Shown here: positions 7,988 through 17,036 of the stretch, piece by piece
Numbering within the stretch: the first letter of the stretch is position 1
How the letters are laid out: every line of letters begins with the position of its first letter
Assembly: GCA_964434715.1 (NCBI GenBank)
Contig: CAYSWC010000001.1
Location: 1 to 33,036, forward strand
Direction: 5' to 3'
From: an uncultured Candidatus Saccharibacteria bacterium
GTDB taxonomy: Bacteria > Patescibacteriota > Minisyncoccia > UBA6257 > 1-14-0-10-40-38
DNA: 33,036 nucleotides
Made by a program: the position numbers and the translations under genes
Notes under the pieces: model-generated
Told to the model about the DNA's origin: nothing
Databases searched by the model: none
What the model saw: the letters and a program-made list of their open reading frames with translations, nothing else

Positions 7988-8560
7988 ATGCTGAACAAAT
8001 TAAAAAATCAAAAGAATATCGAGATCGAATATCGCTCAAGATTTAGTGAGGTCGATTATAAAAGACTCTTTGATTTCCTTACTCATCATGCCAAAAATCT
8101 TGGACAAGACGATAAGGATGTATTTTTTTTCATTATGCCAGATAAACTTCTCAAGGTGGTAAATGAGATTGCAAAAAAGAAAGCGAAGATTGTTCTTAAA
8201 CTTAATAAAATCGGTAAAGGAAGCGATTTTGAAGAATTGGAAATACCAATTCGGCAGGATAGCGTAATGCCGGCAGTAAGATTATTCAAACACCTGGAAC
8301 TGACTAATAATATCATGCATTCATTTCAAAAGAGGCATAATTTCTTTTATAGGGGGGTGGAAATAGCGCTTAAGCATAGTGATGAATGGGACTATCATGC
8401 TGAGTTAGAAACTGTTATCAGTAATACTAAAGATAAAAAAGATGCGATTGAGAAAATAGCTAAAGTTACGAAAGAATTAGATATACGCCTGATGTCAGAG
8501 AAGGAGTTACGAGAATTTACCCGTAAAGCTGAGATTAAATACAGGAGAAAAAGAATTTGA
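7988..8560 (+). CDS. CYTH-domain (triphosphate tunnel metalloenzyme) protein
   Basis: N-terminal EIEYR (ExExK-like), FEELEI, QKRHNF and HAELE motifs. Confidence 0.85.
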   Translation: MLNKLKNQKNIEIEYRSRFSEVDYKRLFDFLTHHAKNLGQDDKDVFFFIMPDKLLKVVNEIAKKKAKIVLKLNKIGKGSDFEELEIPIRQDSVMPAVRLFKHLELTNNIMHSFQKRHNFFYRGVEIALKHSDEWDYHAELETVISNTKDKKDAIEKIAKVTKELDIRLMSEKELREFTRKAEIKYRRKRI

Positions 8561-8570
8561 TAGAGCAACT

Positions 8571-9032
8571 ATGAAATTTGTAAATTATAGTTCGCTAAAA
8601 TCGCGGGAGAAAAGATTAATGAAAAAGGCTTTTGAGGCCGCAAAACGTTCTGTGACCTCTGCTAAACATGAGGTTGGATGCGCTATTTTAGACAACGAAG
8701 GTAACATATTCCTAGGCGCAACCAATGCAAGATCCCGAGCAATTGGATCAACTTGTGCAGAACGAATGGCGATGGATCAACTATATTTCCAGAGGGGAGG
8801 GGCACCAATATTTCTAGCTCTCGTTGGTAGATTTAATAGAAAGGGGTGGAAAGAAAGCTACATATGTACGCCTTGCGGTGTATGTCTAGAAATGTTTTCC
8901 GAAGTGATGCGTGATTTTCAAAAAAGGGATTTTAATTTTATCTGTCCTGCTTGGAACAAATCAAAAATTTTAAAAGTTTCCTTAAGCGAACTTTATCCTC
9001 AAATTGGCAAAGGTGATTGGGAAAGATTATAA
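8571..9032 (+). CDS. Cytidine deaminase family protein
   Basis: VGCAIL...GNIFLGATN, TCAERMA and TPCGVC zinc motifs (three-Cys type). Confidence 0.9.
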   Translation: MKFVNYSSLKSREKRLMKKAFEAAKRSVTSAKHEVGCAILDNEGNIFLGATNARSRAIGSTCAERMAMDQLYFQRGGAPIFLALVGRFNRKGWKESYICTPCGVCLEMFSEVMRDFQKRDFNFICPAWNKSKILKVSLSELYPQIGKGDWERL

Positions 9033-9044
9033 TAACCTGCTAAA

Positions 9045-9788
9045 ATGGTAAGTCTCGTCGATTTCGCAAAGAAAAATGAATTACCAAGTATTCAGTTTAT
9101 GGATCCGGCTACCTTAGATTGGATTAACTCTAACAGACCAGATGAATTAAAAAATTCTATTAAAAGATATTGTCCGCGGCCAGACCTTATACCTCAAATT
9201 GTAAAGTTATTACCTCTAAATGAATGGTTCTTTAATAACGAAATAATTGATTCCATCCATGGCTTAAGACATCTTTTAAGGGTAGCTTTTCTTGGAGCGA
9301 CACTGGATTTAGAAATAAAGCTTTCTCAAAAAAATATCATAAACATAATAATTGCGGCGCATCTACACGATATAAGGAGAATAGATGATAAAGGCGATCC
9401 TGGTCATGGCGAAAGAGCTGCCGTATGGTTTAAAGATAATTTAACAAAAATTACCGAATATTTCTCTCTAAATCTTGAAAGTGAAGATATTGAAGAAATA
9501 TTCTTTATGATCAGGTATCATGAAAATCCGTATACGGAAATATCGCATAAAGATGCTTATAAAAAATACAAGACTGTGATAGATATTATGAAAACAGCAG
9601 ACGCTCTCGATCGATATCGTCAACCAAAATTAAAATGGTGGATTAGTGATAATTATCTTGCATTAAAACCTAGCCTTTCAATGAAAAAATTCGCTTATGA
9701 CCTAGTAGTTGGAAGCGAGAGATTAAAATTGGATGGATTAGATAATACATCAAGTGTTTTAGATGCATTTAAAAAACTTCTATGCTAG
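9045..9788 (+). CDS. HD-domain metal-dependent phosphohydrolase
   Basis: IHGLRHLLRV, HLHDIRR, GHGERAA, RYHE, TADALDRYR. Confidence 0.88.
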   Translation: MVSLVDFAKKNELPSIQFMDPATLDWINSNRPDELKNSIKRYCPRPDLIPQIVKLLPLNEWFFNNEIIDSIHGLRHLLRVAFLGATLDLEIKLSQKNIINIIIAAHLHDIRRIDDKGDPGHGERAAVWFKDNLTKITEYFSLNLESEDIEEIFFMIRYHENPYTEISHKDAYKKYKTVIDIMKTADALDRYRQPKLKWWISDNYLALKPSLSMKKFAYDLVVGSERLKLDGLDNTSSVLDAFKKLLC

Positions 9789-11185
9789 AAAATTTACTTA
9801 ATAAATGGAGTGATGTTCACGTTTTCTATAATACCTTCACACACTCCTTGTCTCGTAATAAAACACGTATTGTTAACGACGAATTCCTCTGGAGAAATAA
9901 AATCTTTCAAGCAACTCATGGTCGTCTCTTAATCGAGAATAATTTCTTTAAATCTCTTAAGCAAAATTCGAAAATCTTTTTAGCCCACATTACTCCTAAT
10001 TTACATAATATTCTTGAAAAAAATCATCTCTTCCCAAGCAGTGGATGCCTTGTTGGAAGTATCTATTGCACCCCAATAGATCTTTCTGACGGAAAACTTA
10101 GACTCCACAATCTTGGCGAGTTTATTATAAATCATGAAATGCCAAAATTCTTAGGAAAAGAGTTAATTGCTAAGAATCAGCTCGGAATACTCGTGATTAG
10201 AATAGACTTGCCATCGCAAGCCCGAAATAACTTAATTGGAATTGACTATCTGCGGCTTGGGGAACTACATCTAGAAACATATAAAAATCTAGAATATCTC
10301 CTTTCTCTGGGCGAACGACATTTATTGGAGGATCTTTGTGCTGAACGTATTAGGAAGGCATCTGATTTTTTGAGTTTGTGTAATCGTAAATATTGGCTAA
10401 ATGAAAATGTTGATTCTGTAAACTTTCTCGATATGATGGTTAAGACTACAGAATATTTACCTATTCTCGGTTATTTTTACTTCGAAACTCTGGCTGAATT
10501 CTTAATGCTTTATCAAGATTGTAAAGAGGCAACTAACTACGATTCAATTGGAGAGTTTTGGACTCCGAGCCATAAGAGGATGGTGTTTTCTTTATTCCCA
10601 CAACTTCCAAGTAATTTCAGCCTTCGCCTTTTTAAACCCAAATTCCTAGATGTTGTTTCGTATTTGAAGCGTTATGGATTTTTTACGCATTTTAATACTG
10701 ATGAAATATCAAAATATCTATGTGATAGACTGGCTTTCTTAATAAACGCTCGATTCTTTAAAGAAGATGCAAAACTCATAGAATGGCATAAATTAGAATG
10801 GAAGTTTGACAATCTTACCCAATTTTTTGGTCCGCTACTAGGACACCTTATTCATCGCGAACTTCGTAATTTCGGGAGATATCCTCATTTCTATTTCTAT
10901 TTTGATCAGTTTAAAGCACTACAAATCTGGAATTATTGGAACTATATGCATATCGCAATCCCCTTTAATGGTGTCTTTCCAAAGGGCGAAGTTGGTATTA
11001 ACCCCGCCTATCCCGATCTTCGATATCGAATCTACCAAGGTAAACCCTACGAGAAAAACGGTTATATTTATCTTGAAATTGGGAAAGAATTGGATATCGA
11101 AATTGCTCCACAACTTATTAATTTGAGATTCACTACAATGCGTAATAAAGACATGCCCAGTGCCCGAGCTAATCTTCTTGAGTAA
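9782..11185 (+). CDS. Hypothetical protein, candidate ADP-ribosyltransferase-fold (H-Y-E type) enzyme with a large insert
   Basis: Long ORF overlapping the HD gene end. Pattern LAHIT..LHNIL...LFPS...GSIYCTP...ILVIRID...KGEVGINP. The CDS is well supported; the fold assignment is inference. Confidence 0.6.
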   Translation: MLENLLNKWSDVHVFYNTFTHSLSRNKTRIVNDEFLWRNKIFQATHGRLLIENNFFKSLKQNSKIFLAHITPNLHNILEKNHLFPSSGCLVGSIYCTPIDLSDGKLRLHNLGEFIINHEMPKFLGKELIAKNQLGILVIRIDLPSQARNNLIGIDYLRLGELHLETYKNLEYLLSLGERHLLEDLCAERIRKASDFLSLCNRKYWLNENVDSVNFLDMMVKTTEYLPILGYFYFETLAEFLMLYQDCKEATNYDSIGEFWTPSHKRMVFSLFPQLPSNFSLRLFKPKFLDVVSYLKRYGFFTHFNTDEISKYLCDRLAFLINARFFKEDAKLIEWHKLEWKFDNLTQFFGPLLGHLIHRELRNFGRYPHFYFYFDQFKALQIWNYWNYMHIAIPFNGVFPKGEVGINPAYPDLRYRIYQGKPYEKNGYIYLEIGKELDIEIAPQLINLRFTTMRNKDMPSARANLLE

Positions 11186-11197
11186 AAGTTAAATATT

Positions 11198-11956
11198 ATG
11201 AAAGGTAAAAAAAATCAAGAAAGTAAAGCTCTTAAAAAGATCGAGAATAATTTTGCCCTTTTTAAAAAACATGAAAACATTACTCATGGCTTTGGTAGAG
11301 TAGTCCGGAAACTTGAAAAGGAGATAACAGTACTACGCAGTCATTTAGAAGGCAAAGGCAATTGGGAAAAACAGAGAAAACACTTAGGCTCATCTGCCTT
11401 TGAATGTATACAAATCGGTGGTGGTCAGCATTACCTCCAAGATTTTCTAAATATCGATATTTTCCCTCCAGCCGATCTTATCTACGATGTTAGACAGGGC
11501 TTGCCCCTACCTGATAATTGTTGCACCTTTCTATTCTGTGAACATTTACTTGAGCATATTGATTACCCTGTTTCTATAGAAAAATTTTTATCAGAGTGTT
11601 TTCGGGTACTTAAAAAAGGTGGTCGTTTTGTGATTGGTGTACCAGATGGAGAGTTGGTTTTAAAAAATTATTGTAAAAATGATCAACTTTTTAAGGAAGA
11701 AATCATTAAGCGCTGGTACGGAAGACGCAAAATATCAAATTACATAAACAGTTATATAGACCTTGTTAATTATCATTTCAGGGATATGGATGACGATAAA
11801 ATTTATAATCCTCATTTGTGGGCGTATGATTATAAGAATTTATACTCATTGTTGAAAAAGGCGAGGTTTTCAAACATCAAAAAATGGAGTTTTAACAAAC
11901 TCATCGCAAATCCCAAGAGAAAATGGGGGAGTCTTTATGTCGTCGTAAATAAATAA
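11198..11956 (+). CDS. Class I SAM-dependent methyltransferase (type 11-like)
   Basis: IQIGGG..., LNIDI, DVRQGLPLPD, EHLLEHI, ECFRVLKKGG. Confidence 0.88.
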   Translation: MKGKKNQESKALKKIENNFALFKKHENITHGFGRVVRKLEKEITVLRSHLEGKGNWEKQRKHLGSSAFECIQIGGGQHYLQDFLNIDIFPPADLIYDVRQGLPLPDNCCTFLFCEHLLEHIDYPVSIEKFLSECFRVLKKGGRFVIGVPDGELVLKNYCKNDQLFKEEIIKRWYGRRKISNYINSYIDLVNYHFRDMDDDKIYNPHLWAYDYKNLYSLLKKARFSNIKKWSFNKLIANPKRKWGSLYVVVNK

Positions 11957-11976
11957 GGTCAAATTATTGTAGTAAA

Positions 11977-12618
11977 ATGGTGAGAATTTTTCGCATAAAT
12001 AAAGAACTATTTACCACTATTTTCCGCACTAATCATTGGGGATCAAAAGAATCTGTATCTGGTCCCGGTGCGGAAATGAAGCCGACGAGAAAAATAAGAA
12101 GAGTACTCCCCAAAATAATTAAGCGTTATCATATTCGAAGTATGCTTGATATTCCTTGCGGTGATTTTAATTGGATGAAAGCTGTAGATCTTCGAAGATT
12201 AGATGAATATACCGGTGCCGATATTGTGTCCGAACTAATTGCGTCAAATATTAAAAAATATAGCGACGGACAGAAAAAATTTATCGAGTTAGATATTATA
12301 AACAATCCCTTACCAAGGGTTGACCTTATTTTCTGTAGAGATTGTTTTGTGCATTTAAGTAATAAAGACATCTGCAAGGCTTTAAAAAATATAAAGAAAA
12401 GCGGTTCCGCATTTCTTCTAACTACTACGTTTATCCGTGAAGACAAAAATAAAGACACCAGGGAAGGTAAGTGGAGGCCTATCAATTTGAATATAAAACC
12501 TTTTAATTTAGCTCCTTTTATTGAATACATTAATACAGACTTTAGGGATGGAGGGAGAAATCATCCTGGGAATGGAATAGCAATTTGGAAAATCTCCGAT
12601 TTACCTGATAACTATTAA
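11977..12618 (+). CDS. Class I SAM-dependent methyltransferase
   Basis: WGSKESVSGPG, LDIPCGDFNWM, YTGADIV, DLIFCRDCFVHL. Confidence 0.88.
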   Translation: MVRIFRINKELFTTIFRTNHWGSKESVSGPGAEMKPTRKIRRVLPKIIKRYHIRSMLDIPCGDFNWMKAVDLRRLDEYTGADIVSELIASNIKKYSDGQKKFIELDIINNPLPRVDLIFCRDCFVHLSNKDICKALKNIKKSGSAFLLTTTFIREDKNKDTREGKWRPINLNIKPFNLAPFIEYINTDFRDGGRNHPGNGIAIWKISDLPDNY

Positions 12619-12678
12619 CTAACACATTTTTTCTAGGGTCACTTCCCGGACAATTTTAATAAGAAAAAGGAGGTTCTC

Positions 12679-13269
12679 TCACAACCTCCTTTTAATTATT
12701 TGGGCAAGCTGTTCGGGGGCTTTTTGCGGCATACCGTCAATATTCTCGATGTGATGGGAAGGGATTCTAAATGATTCAGACGCCTTCAACATCACCTCAG
12801 TAGACATAAGTTGTGCTCTTTTTATAAAATCAATCTTTTCTCGCAAAGATCTCTGTTCATTACTAAATAGACTACGGTTGATCCTTTTATTGATCAATTC
12901 ATCATAAAGAATCCGCCGCACGATTGATTCTGGGTTACCAATCAAAAGTATAAGTACTCTACAATAACTATACCATAGTCCATAGCTGGGAGCAATCTTT
13001 CCATTAAACACTTTGACGTAATGGGCTGTAACTATGGTTGTTTCTACCCCACTTTCTTTGCTTAAAGCACAGAAAAGATCTGTAAGAGCTCTTTCTTTCA
13101 CTTTCTTTGGAAGAATTCTTAGCTTGACGTAATCGCCGTCAGCGATACCAAGCCACTTCATGAGCTCTGAGGAACCGTCCAGTACACGCACCGATAACCT
13201 TTTCCGAAGCGCTTGTGCAATTGAGGTCTTACCAACGCCATTAACGCCGCCTAGAAAAAGCAAACCCAT
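12679..13269 (-). CDS. P-loop nucleoside monophosphate kinase-like protein (archaeal adenylate kinase-like)
   Basis: LFLGGVNGVGKTS, VTAHY, SIVRRI. Start moved to ATG 13269, which follows RBS AGGAGGA. Confidence 0.8.
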   Translation of the reverse strand: MGLLFLGGVNGVGKTSIAQALRKRLSVRVLDGSSELMKWLGIADGDYVKLRILPKKVKERALTDLFCALSKESGVETTIVTAHYVKVFNGKIAPSYGLWYSYCRVLILLIGNPESIVRRILYDELINKRINRSLFSNEQRSLREKIDFIKRAQLMSTEVMLKASESFRIPSHHIENIDGMPQKAPEQLAQIIKRRL

Positions 13270-13394
13270 TTTATCCTCCTTTTTGTAAATGTTCGTATAA
13301 ACTAATATAGCACGGAGTTCTAAGCATTGCAAATCAAGATTATTTCCTTATCTACTTTTATTTGCTGCCGGGTTTGAATTAACCCCTAAAGGAG

Positions 13395-14480
13395 TTACTG
13401 AATTATCGAATCTAATTTTAAGCTATATCTGCCTGAAGGTGTTTTTTTGCCGGTTGAGATTTGACGAATGAGATAGCACAAAACAGCGCCGCGCAGAAAG
13501 GATGATTCGGCCAACTGCGGTATACCGGCGAGTTTTGAACCAACGAGCAAAAATGACTTCTTTAATCTTTGGGTAAGATATTTCGTCCCCATAAAGTCTC
13601 GCGCCAAAAGCATTTTATTCTTAAAAGGCAAAGTTTTCAGTTTATCGCTCTTTGCAATATCAATTATGGATTGCTTAAGATATCCGCCTAAAAGCGGCAG
13701 CTCTGGATTCTGGTCAAATCTTTCAATATCAATAATCACATTCGGGCCGTTGCCGGTAACCATCACAACCGGGATTCGATACTGCCTGGCTTTTTCTCTT
13801 ATTAAAATTTTAAGCCTTAAATTATCCATCTCTTCAATTAATACATCTGTCCTGGGCTTTAAAAGGAATTCTTCTAGACTATCTGGTTTTATGCCGTCTC
13901 TAAAAACTTCTATTTTTGCGAAAGGATTAATTTCGTAAACTTGCCGCGCGGAAAGCACTGCCTTATTTAAACCGAGATCAGTTATGCTTGCTCTAAATCT
14001 ATTAAAATTGGTAAGCGATAAAACATCATTATCAGCAAATTTCATCTCAAGCCCTCCGCCTTCTAAGGCAAGGCACACTGCCGCCGGGTTGCCCACATTT
14101 AATCCCGCGATGCCGATTCTAAATTGAGCGAACTTTTTTTGGTCAGATGGTAAAACTAAATTTTCATTTCTTGAAGTCTTAAGGCGAAGATAGCTATCTT
14201 TTTCTAGTACATGAACTAAAGACGACTGCCATGAATAGTAAATCCATTTTCCCTGTTTCGGATCATTGCCATACTTTCTAGGTTCTCGCGTAAGAAGTTT
14301 AGGATTTTTAACTAAATCCAATTCTCTAAGCTGTTCAGAAAATTCATCTACGACATTTACAATCTTTTTCTGCTTTAATAAATTTCTTACCTTACTAAGA
14401 TCGTTAACTTTTTTAAAATCAAAAATCAACGGTTTATAAGAGTTATCGCGTGAATTTAGAAATTTACCAAAAATTTTCAT
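13395..14480 (-). CDS. ThiF/E1-like adenylyltransferase, Rv1355c-like, lacking the fused nitroreductase domain
   Basis: WIYYSW...VHVL...SRNENL N-terminal signature, IGIAGLNVG, ADNDVLSLTNFNR, NKAVLSARQVYEINP, EEMD, GIPQLA. Confidence 0.88.
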   Translation of the reverse strand: MKIFGKFLNSRDNSYKPLIFDFKKVNDLSKVRNLLKQKKIVNVVDEFSEQLRELDLVKNPKLLTREPRKYGNDPKQGKWIYYSWQSSLVHVLEKDSYLRLKTSRNENLVLPSDQKKFAQFRIGIAGLNVGNPAAVCLALEGGGLEMKFADNDVLSLTNFNRFRASITDLGLNKAVLSARQVYEINPFAKIEVFRDGIKPDSLEEFLLKPRTDVLIEEMDNLRLKILIREKARQYRIPVVMVTGNGPNVIIDIERFDQNPELPLLGGYLKQSIIDIAKSDKLKTLPFKNKMLLARDFMGTKYLTQRLKKSFLLVGSKLAGIPQLAESSFLRGAVLCYLIRQISTGKKTPSGRYSLKLDSIIQ

Positions 14481-15538
14481 GGTATCAGCTTTGCCTCAAC
14501 CGGATGACGCAAATTCGGCCTCTGTTCAAAATTCATATAACCGACGCAAAATAAAAGCTGTGCTACGAGGCCAGAATTTATAACCTTTTGCACTTGCTTG
14601 TATAAATCACCTATCTCTATTGAAGCTACAAAAATTGAGGTTTTGAGTTCCTTGGAATTTAATTCCAACGTTATCCGCTCAAATAATCTCCCCACCTCTA
14701 GCCAGCTTAAAGGAGAATTCTCTTTGGAGCTGATGATTAGGACGAGCGGTGCGGAACTGATACTTTTGTAATTAAGCGCTCCCACCGCTTTTCCGATATT
14801 AAAAAAACGGACTAGAGTAGGAAAAATCAGAGAAATCAAAGCCGGCATTCTTAAAGAATAACCGGGTATGCCCTCTCTCTTTTTTGAAAAACTGCTGTTC
14901 ATCCAAGAGGACATCTCTTTTCTAAAATTAGAGCTTTGGTAGGCAATTCTTAAACCTTCGGCGGTGAGTGTCGCTAATTTATTTATTTTTTCCTTATCGT
15001 GAACTAAATCGAGCCGTAATTCAGGAAATTTATTATCGAGCGACTGAATTTTTTTAATAATTTCTGATTCAACTGGTTTCTGCTCAAAAATACCTCTGAC
15101 ATTAACTCTTTTTGGTACGGCATCCAAAATATCTGCTAACTCTTTGCTAATTTGTATATCTTTTCTCTCTAAATCTCCGAAAGTAACTTCGGCAACTAAA
15201 TTATCCTTTAAGATATAATTCAAATTTCTAAAAACTTTAAAATAACTTGCAGCCACAATAATATTTTCCAAAAGACAGCCAAAACTTATATAGAGATCTC
15301 GCTTAATTGGATCGGCTTCCTTGATTGTATATTTCTCGGAGTCATAAAAAATCTTGCAAGAGTCATTTTCTATTTTAAAAAGCCAAGGTTGGCTATTATG
15401 CGTTGAAGGGGCTAAAATGCCGTATCGTAAAATAAACTTTATTTTCTCAAAAGGAGCCTTGAGTTTGAAAAAATCACCCTTATTTATATTCCGAAGTTCA
15501 AAATCTAGATTGGACATTAATCTTATTTCTTTACCCAT
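14477..15538 (-). CDS. Acg-type nitroreductase family FMN oxidoreductase
   Basis: LAPSTHNSQPWLF, DPIKRDLYISFGCLLEN, KRVNVR, EVGRLFER. Confidence 0.88.
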   Translation of the reverse strand: MGKEIRLMSNLDFELRNINKGDFFKLKAPFEKIKFILRYGILAPSTHNSQPWLFKIENDSCKIFYDSEKYTIKEADPIKRDLYISFGCLLENIIVAASYFKVFRNLNYILKDNLVAEVTFGDLERKDIQISKELADILDAVPKRVNVRGIFEQKPVESEIIKKIQSLDNKFPELRLDLVHDKEKINKLATLTAEGLRIAYQSSNFRKEMSSWMNSSFSKKREGIPGYSLRMPALISLIFPTLVRFFNIGKAVGALNYKSISSAPLVLIISSKENSPLSWLEVGRLFERITLELNSKELKTSIFVASIEIGDLYKQVQKVINSGLVAQLLFCVGYMNFEQRPNLRHPVEAKLIP

Positions 15539-17028
15539 TTTTGTTTGATGCCAGGTTTGAAGTGAAGCTGATGCTCGGCGGGCCAGAAAACGAGCTTGGG
15601 CAGGGCTCGCTCTTTTAAGAAGTTATAGAGTTCGCGGTATTCCGAGTTTTTAAGCCGGAGATTGGCAACGACCTGGCTCAAAAGTATCTTCTGAACTTTT
15701 TTGGGTATCTTGCGATGTTTGCGAAGTTCAAGATTGACTTCCAGATATTGATTTTGCCGACGATCGTATTTGGTAATCAGGGTAAGCTTTCCGGTAAGGT
15801 ACTTATTCATCGGCGGTTCAATTAAAACCTCGCGAATCGTCTCCGGATAAACTTGAAGACCATAAAGAGTCGTTGCCATATCAACTCGCTCATAGATATA
15901 GACGAAGGGTAATTTATATATAAAATTTGCTATGCCGTGTGCGCGCGCCGACTTAAAGAAATCAATGCCGTGATTTCGGCATTTCTCAATCGCTTCTTTT
16001 AAAGTAAGCACCCCGCCGTGATCCCCGATGCCGTAACGGATAAGCGGTATAGCATTATCGCCAGTAAGAAAAAGTTCCCCTCCCTGTTCATCAAAACTTA
16101 TGAAACGAGGAATATATTGGGCCAGCGTTGGAGTACGCTGGATTTGATGAAAAATATCGGCAAATAGACGCCAACGTCCCATGGCAAGCTGCCGAATCAA
16201 AATACTCGCCGGAGTCTCAAATGCCATCACGCCAATATCGGCGCTGCCGTATATATTCATGGTGTCAAGGAGAGGATTTGTTATATTGACATGTTTCGCT
16301 AGATAGTCACGGAATTTTTCGGTGAAGGCTTCAGCTGCAAAAATAAAGCGAATATTCAACTTCCGGATATTGATACCGTTATGCGGTGCCTCATCAATAA
16401 TATCCTTAAGAAACGGCGCGTAACCTACTAAAATAATCTCTTTGAAATGATTCCCGATCCGCCGTAAGGCATTAAAAATTTCACGCTTGTTAATGCCCGG
16501 CGTAAGTATAGAAACCGGATAGCCGGCCTCGCGCATAAACTCAAACGACTGATAAGTGATCACCCCGCCAATCCAAACACCCATCCCAAAACAAACCAAA
16601 ATAAGAGTTGGTCCCTGCACACTCTTCTCGCTATTCCGAAAAAAAAGCTCGTGCGTCACCGCTGCCTGCCAATCAACTCGATAATCGCGGGCAAAGTAGA
16701 AAGGTTCGCCGGTCGAGCCGGAAGTTGCGGTAAAAACAAGTGGATGCTTAAGCGTACCATCCCAGCAAAGTTTTTCGAACGGGTATTCGCGGAGATAATT
16801 TTTTTTACTGGTAGGCGGTACTAAACGAAGATCGCCTGAAGTCTTAATTTTATCGGGTTGAATCTTGTTTTTCTTCAAAAAATCGCGATAGGCCGGCACC
16901 CGGCGCGCCGCTTCGTGAAATAATTTTATCGGTCGCAACGCCTGCTCACGCAGCCAAAAAGACTCGGGTTTCCGGCGTATAAGCTGGATTACAGCATTGG
17001 TGGCTGTCTGAACCTGATTCACTTTCAT
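15523..17028 (-). CDS. Phenylacetate-CoA ligase (PaaK)-like adenylate-forming enzyme
   Basis: VPAYRDFL, TSGSTGEP, YGSAD and PLIRYGIGDHG adenylation motifs. Confidence 0.9.
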   Translation of the reverse strand: MKVNQVQTATNAVIQLIRRKPESFWLREQALRPIKLFHEAARRVPAYRDFLKKNKIQPDKIKTSGDLRLVPPTSKKNYLREYPFEKLCWDGTLKHPLVFTATSGSTGEPFYFARDYRVDWQAAVTHELFFRNSEKSVQGPTLILVCFGMGVWIGGVITYQSFEFMREAGYPVSILTPGINKREIFNALRRIGNHFKEIILVGYAPFLKDIIDEAPHNGINIRKLNIRFIFAAEAFTEKFRDYLAKHVNITNPLLDTMNIYGSADIGVMAFETPASILIRQLAMGRWRLFADIFHQIQRTPTLAQYIPRFISFDEQGGELFLTGDNAIPLIRYGIGDHGGVLTLKEAIEKCRNHGIDFFKSARAHGIANFIYKLPFVYIYERVDMATTLYGLQVYPETIREVLIEPPMNKYLTGKLTLITKYDRRQNQYLEVNLELRKHRKIPKKVQKILLSQVVANLRLKNSEYRELYNFLKERALPKLVFWPAEHQLHFKPGIKQKWVKK

Positions 17029-17036
17029 TAATCATA

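Noticed and set aside
13270-13332. Upstream extension of the kinase ORF
   Set aside because: RBS AGGAGGA and the P-loop position support the start at 13269.
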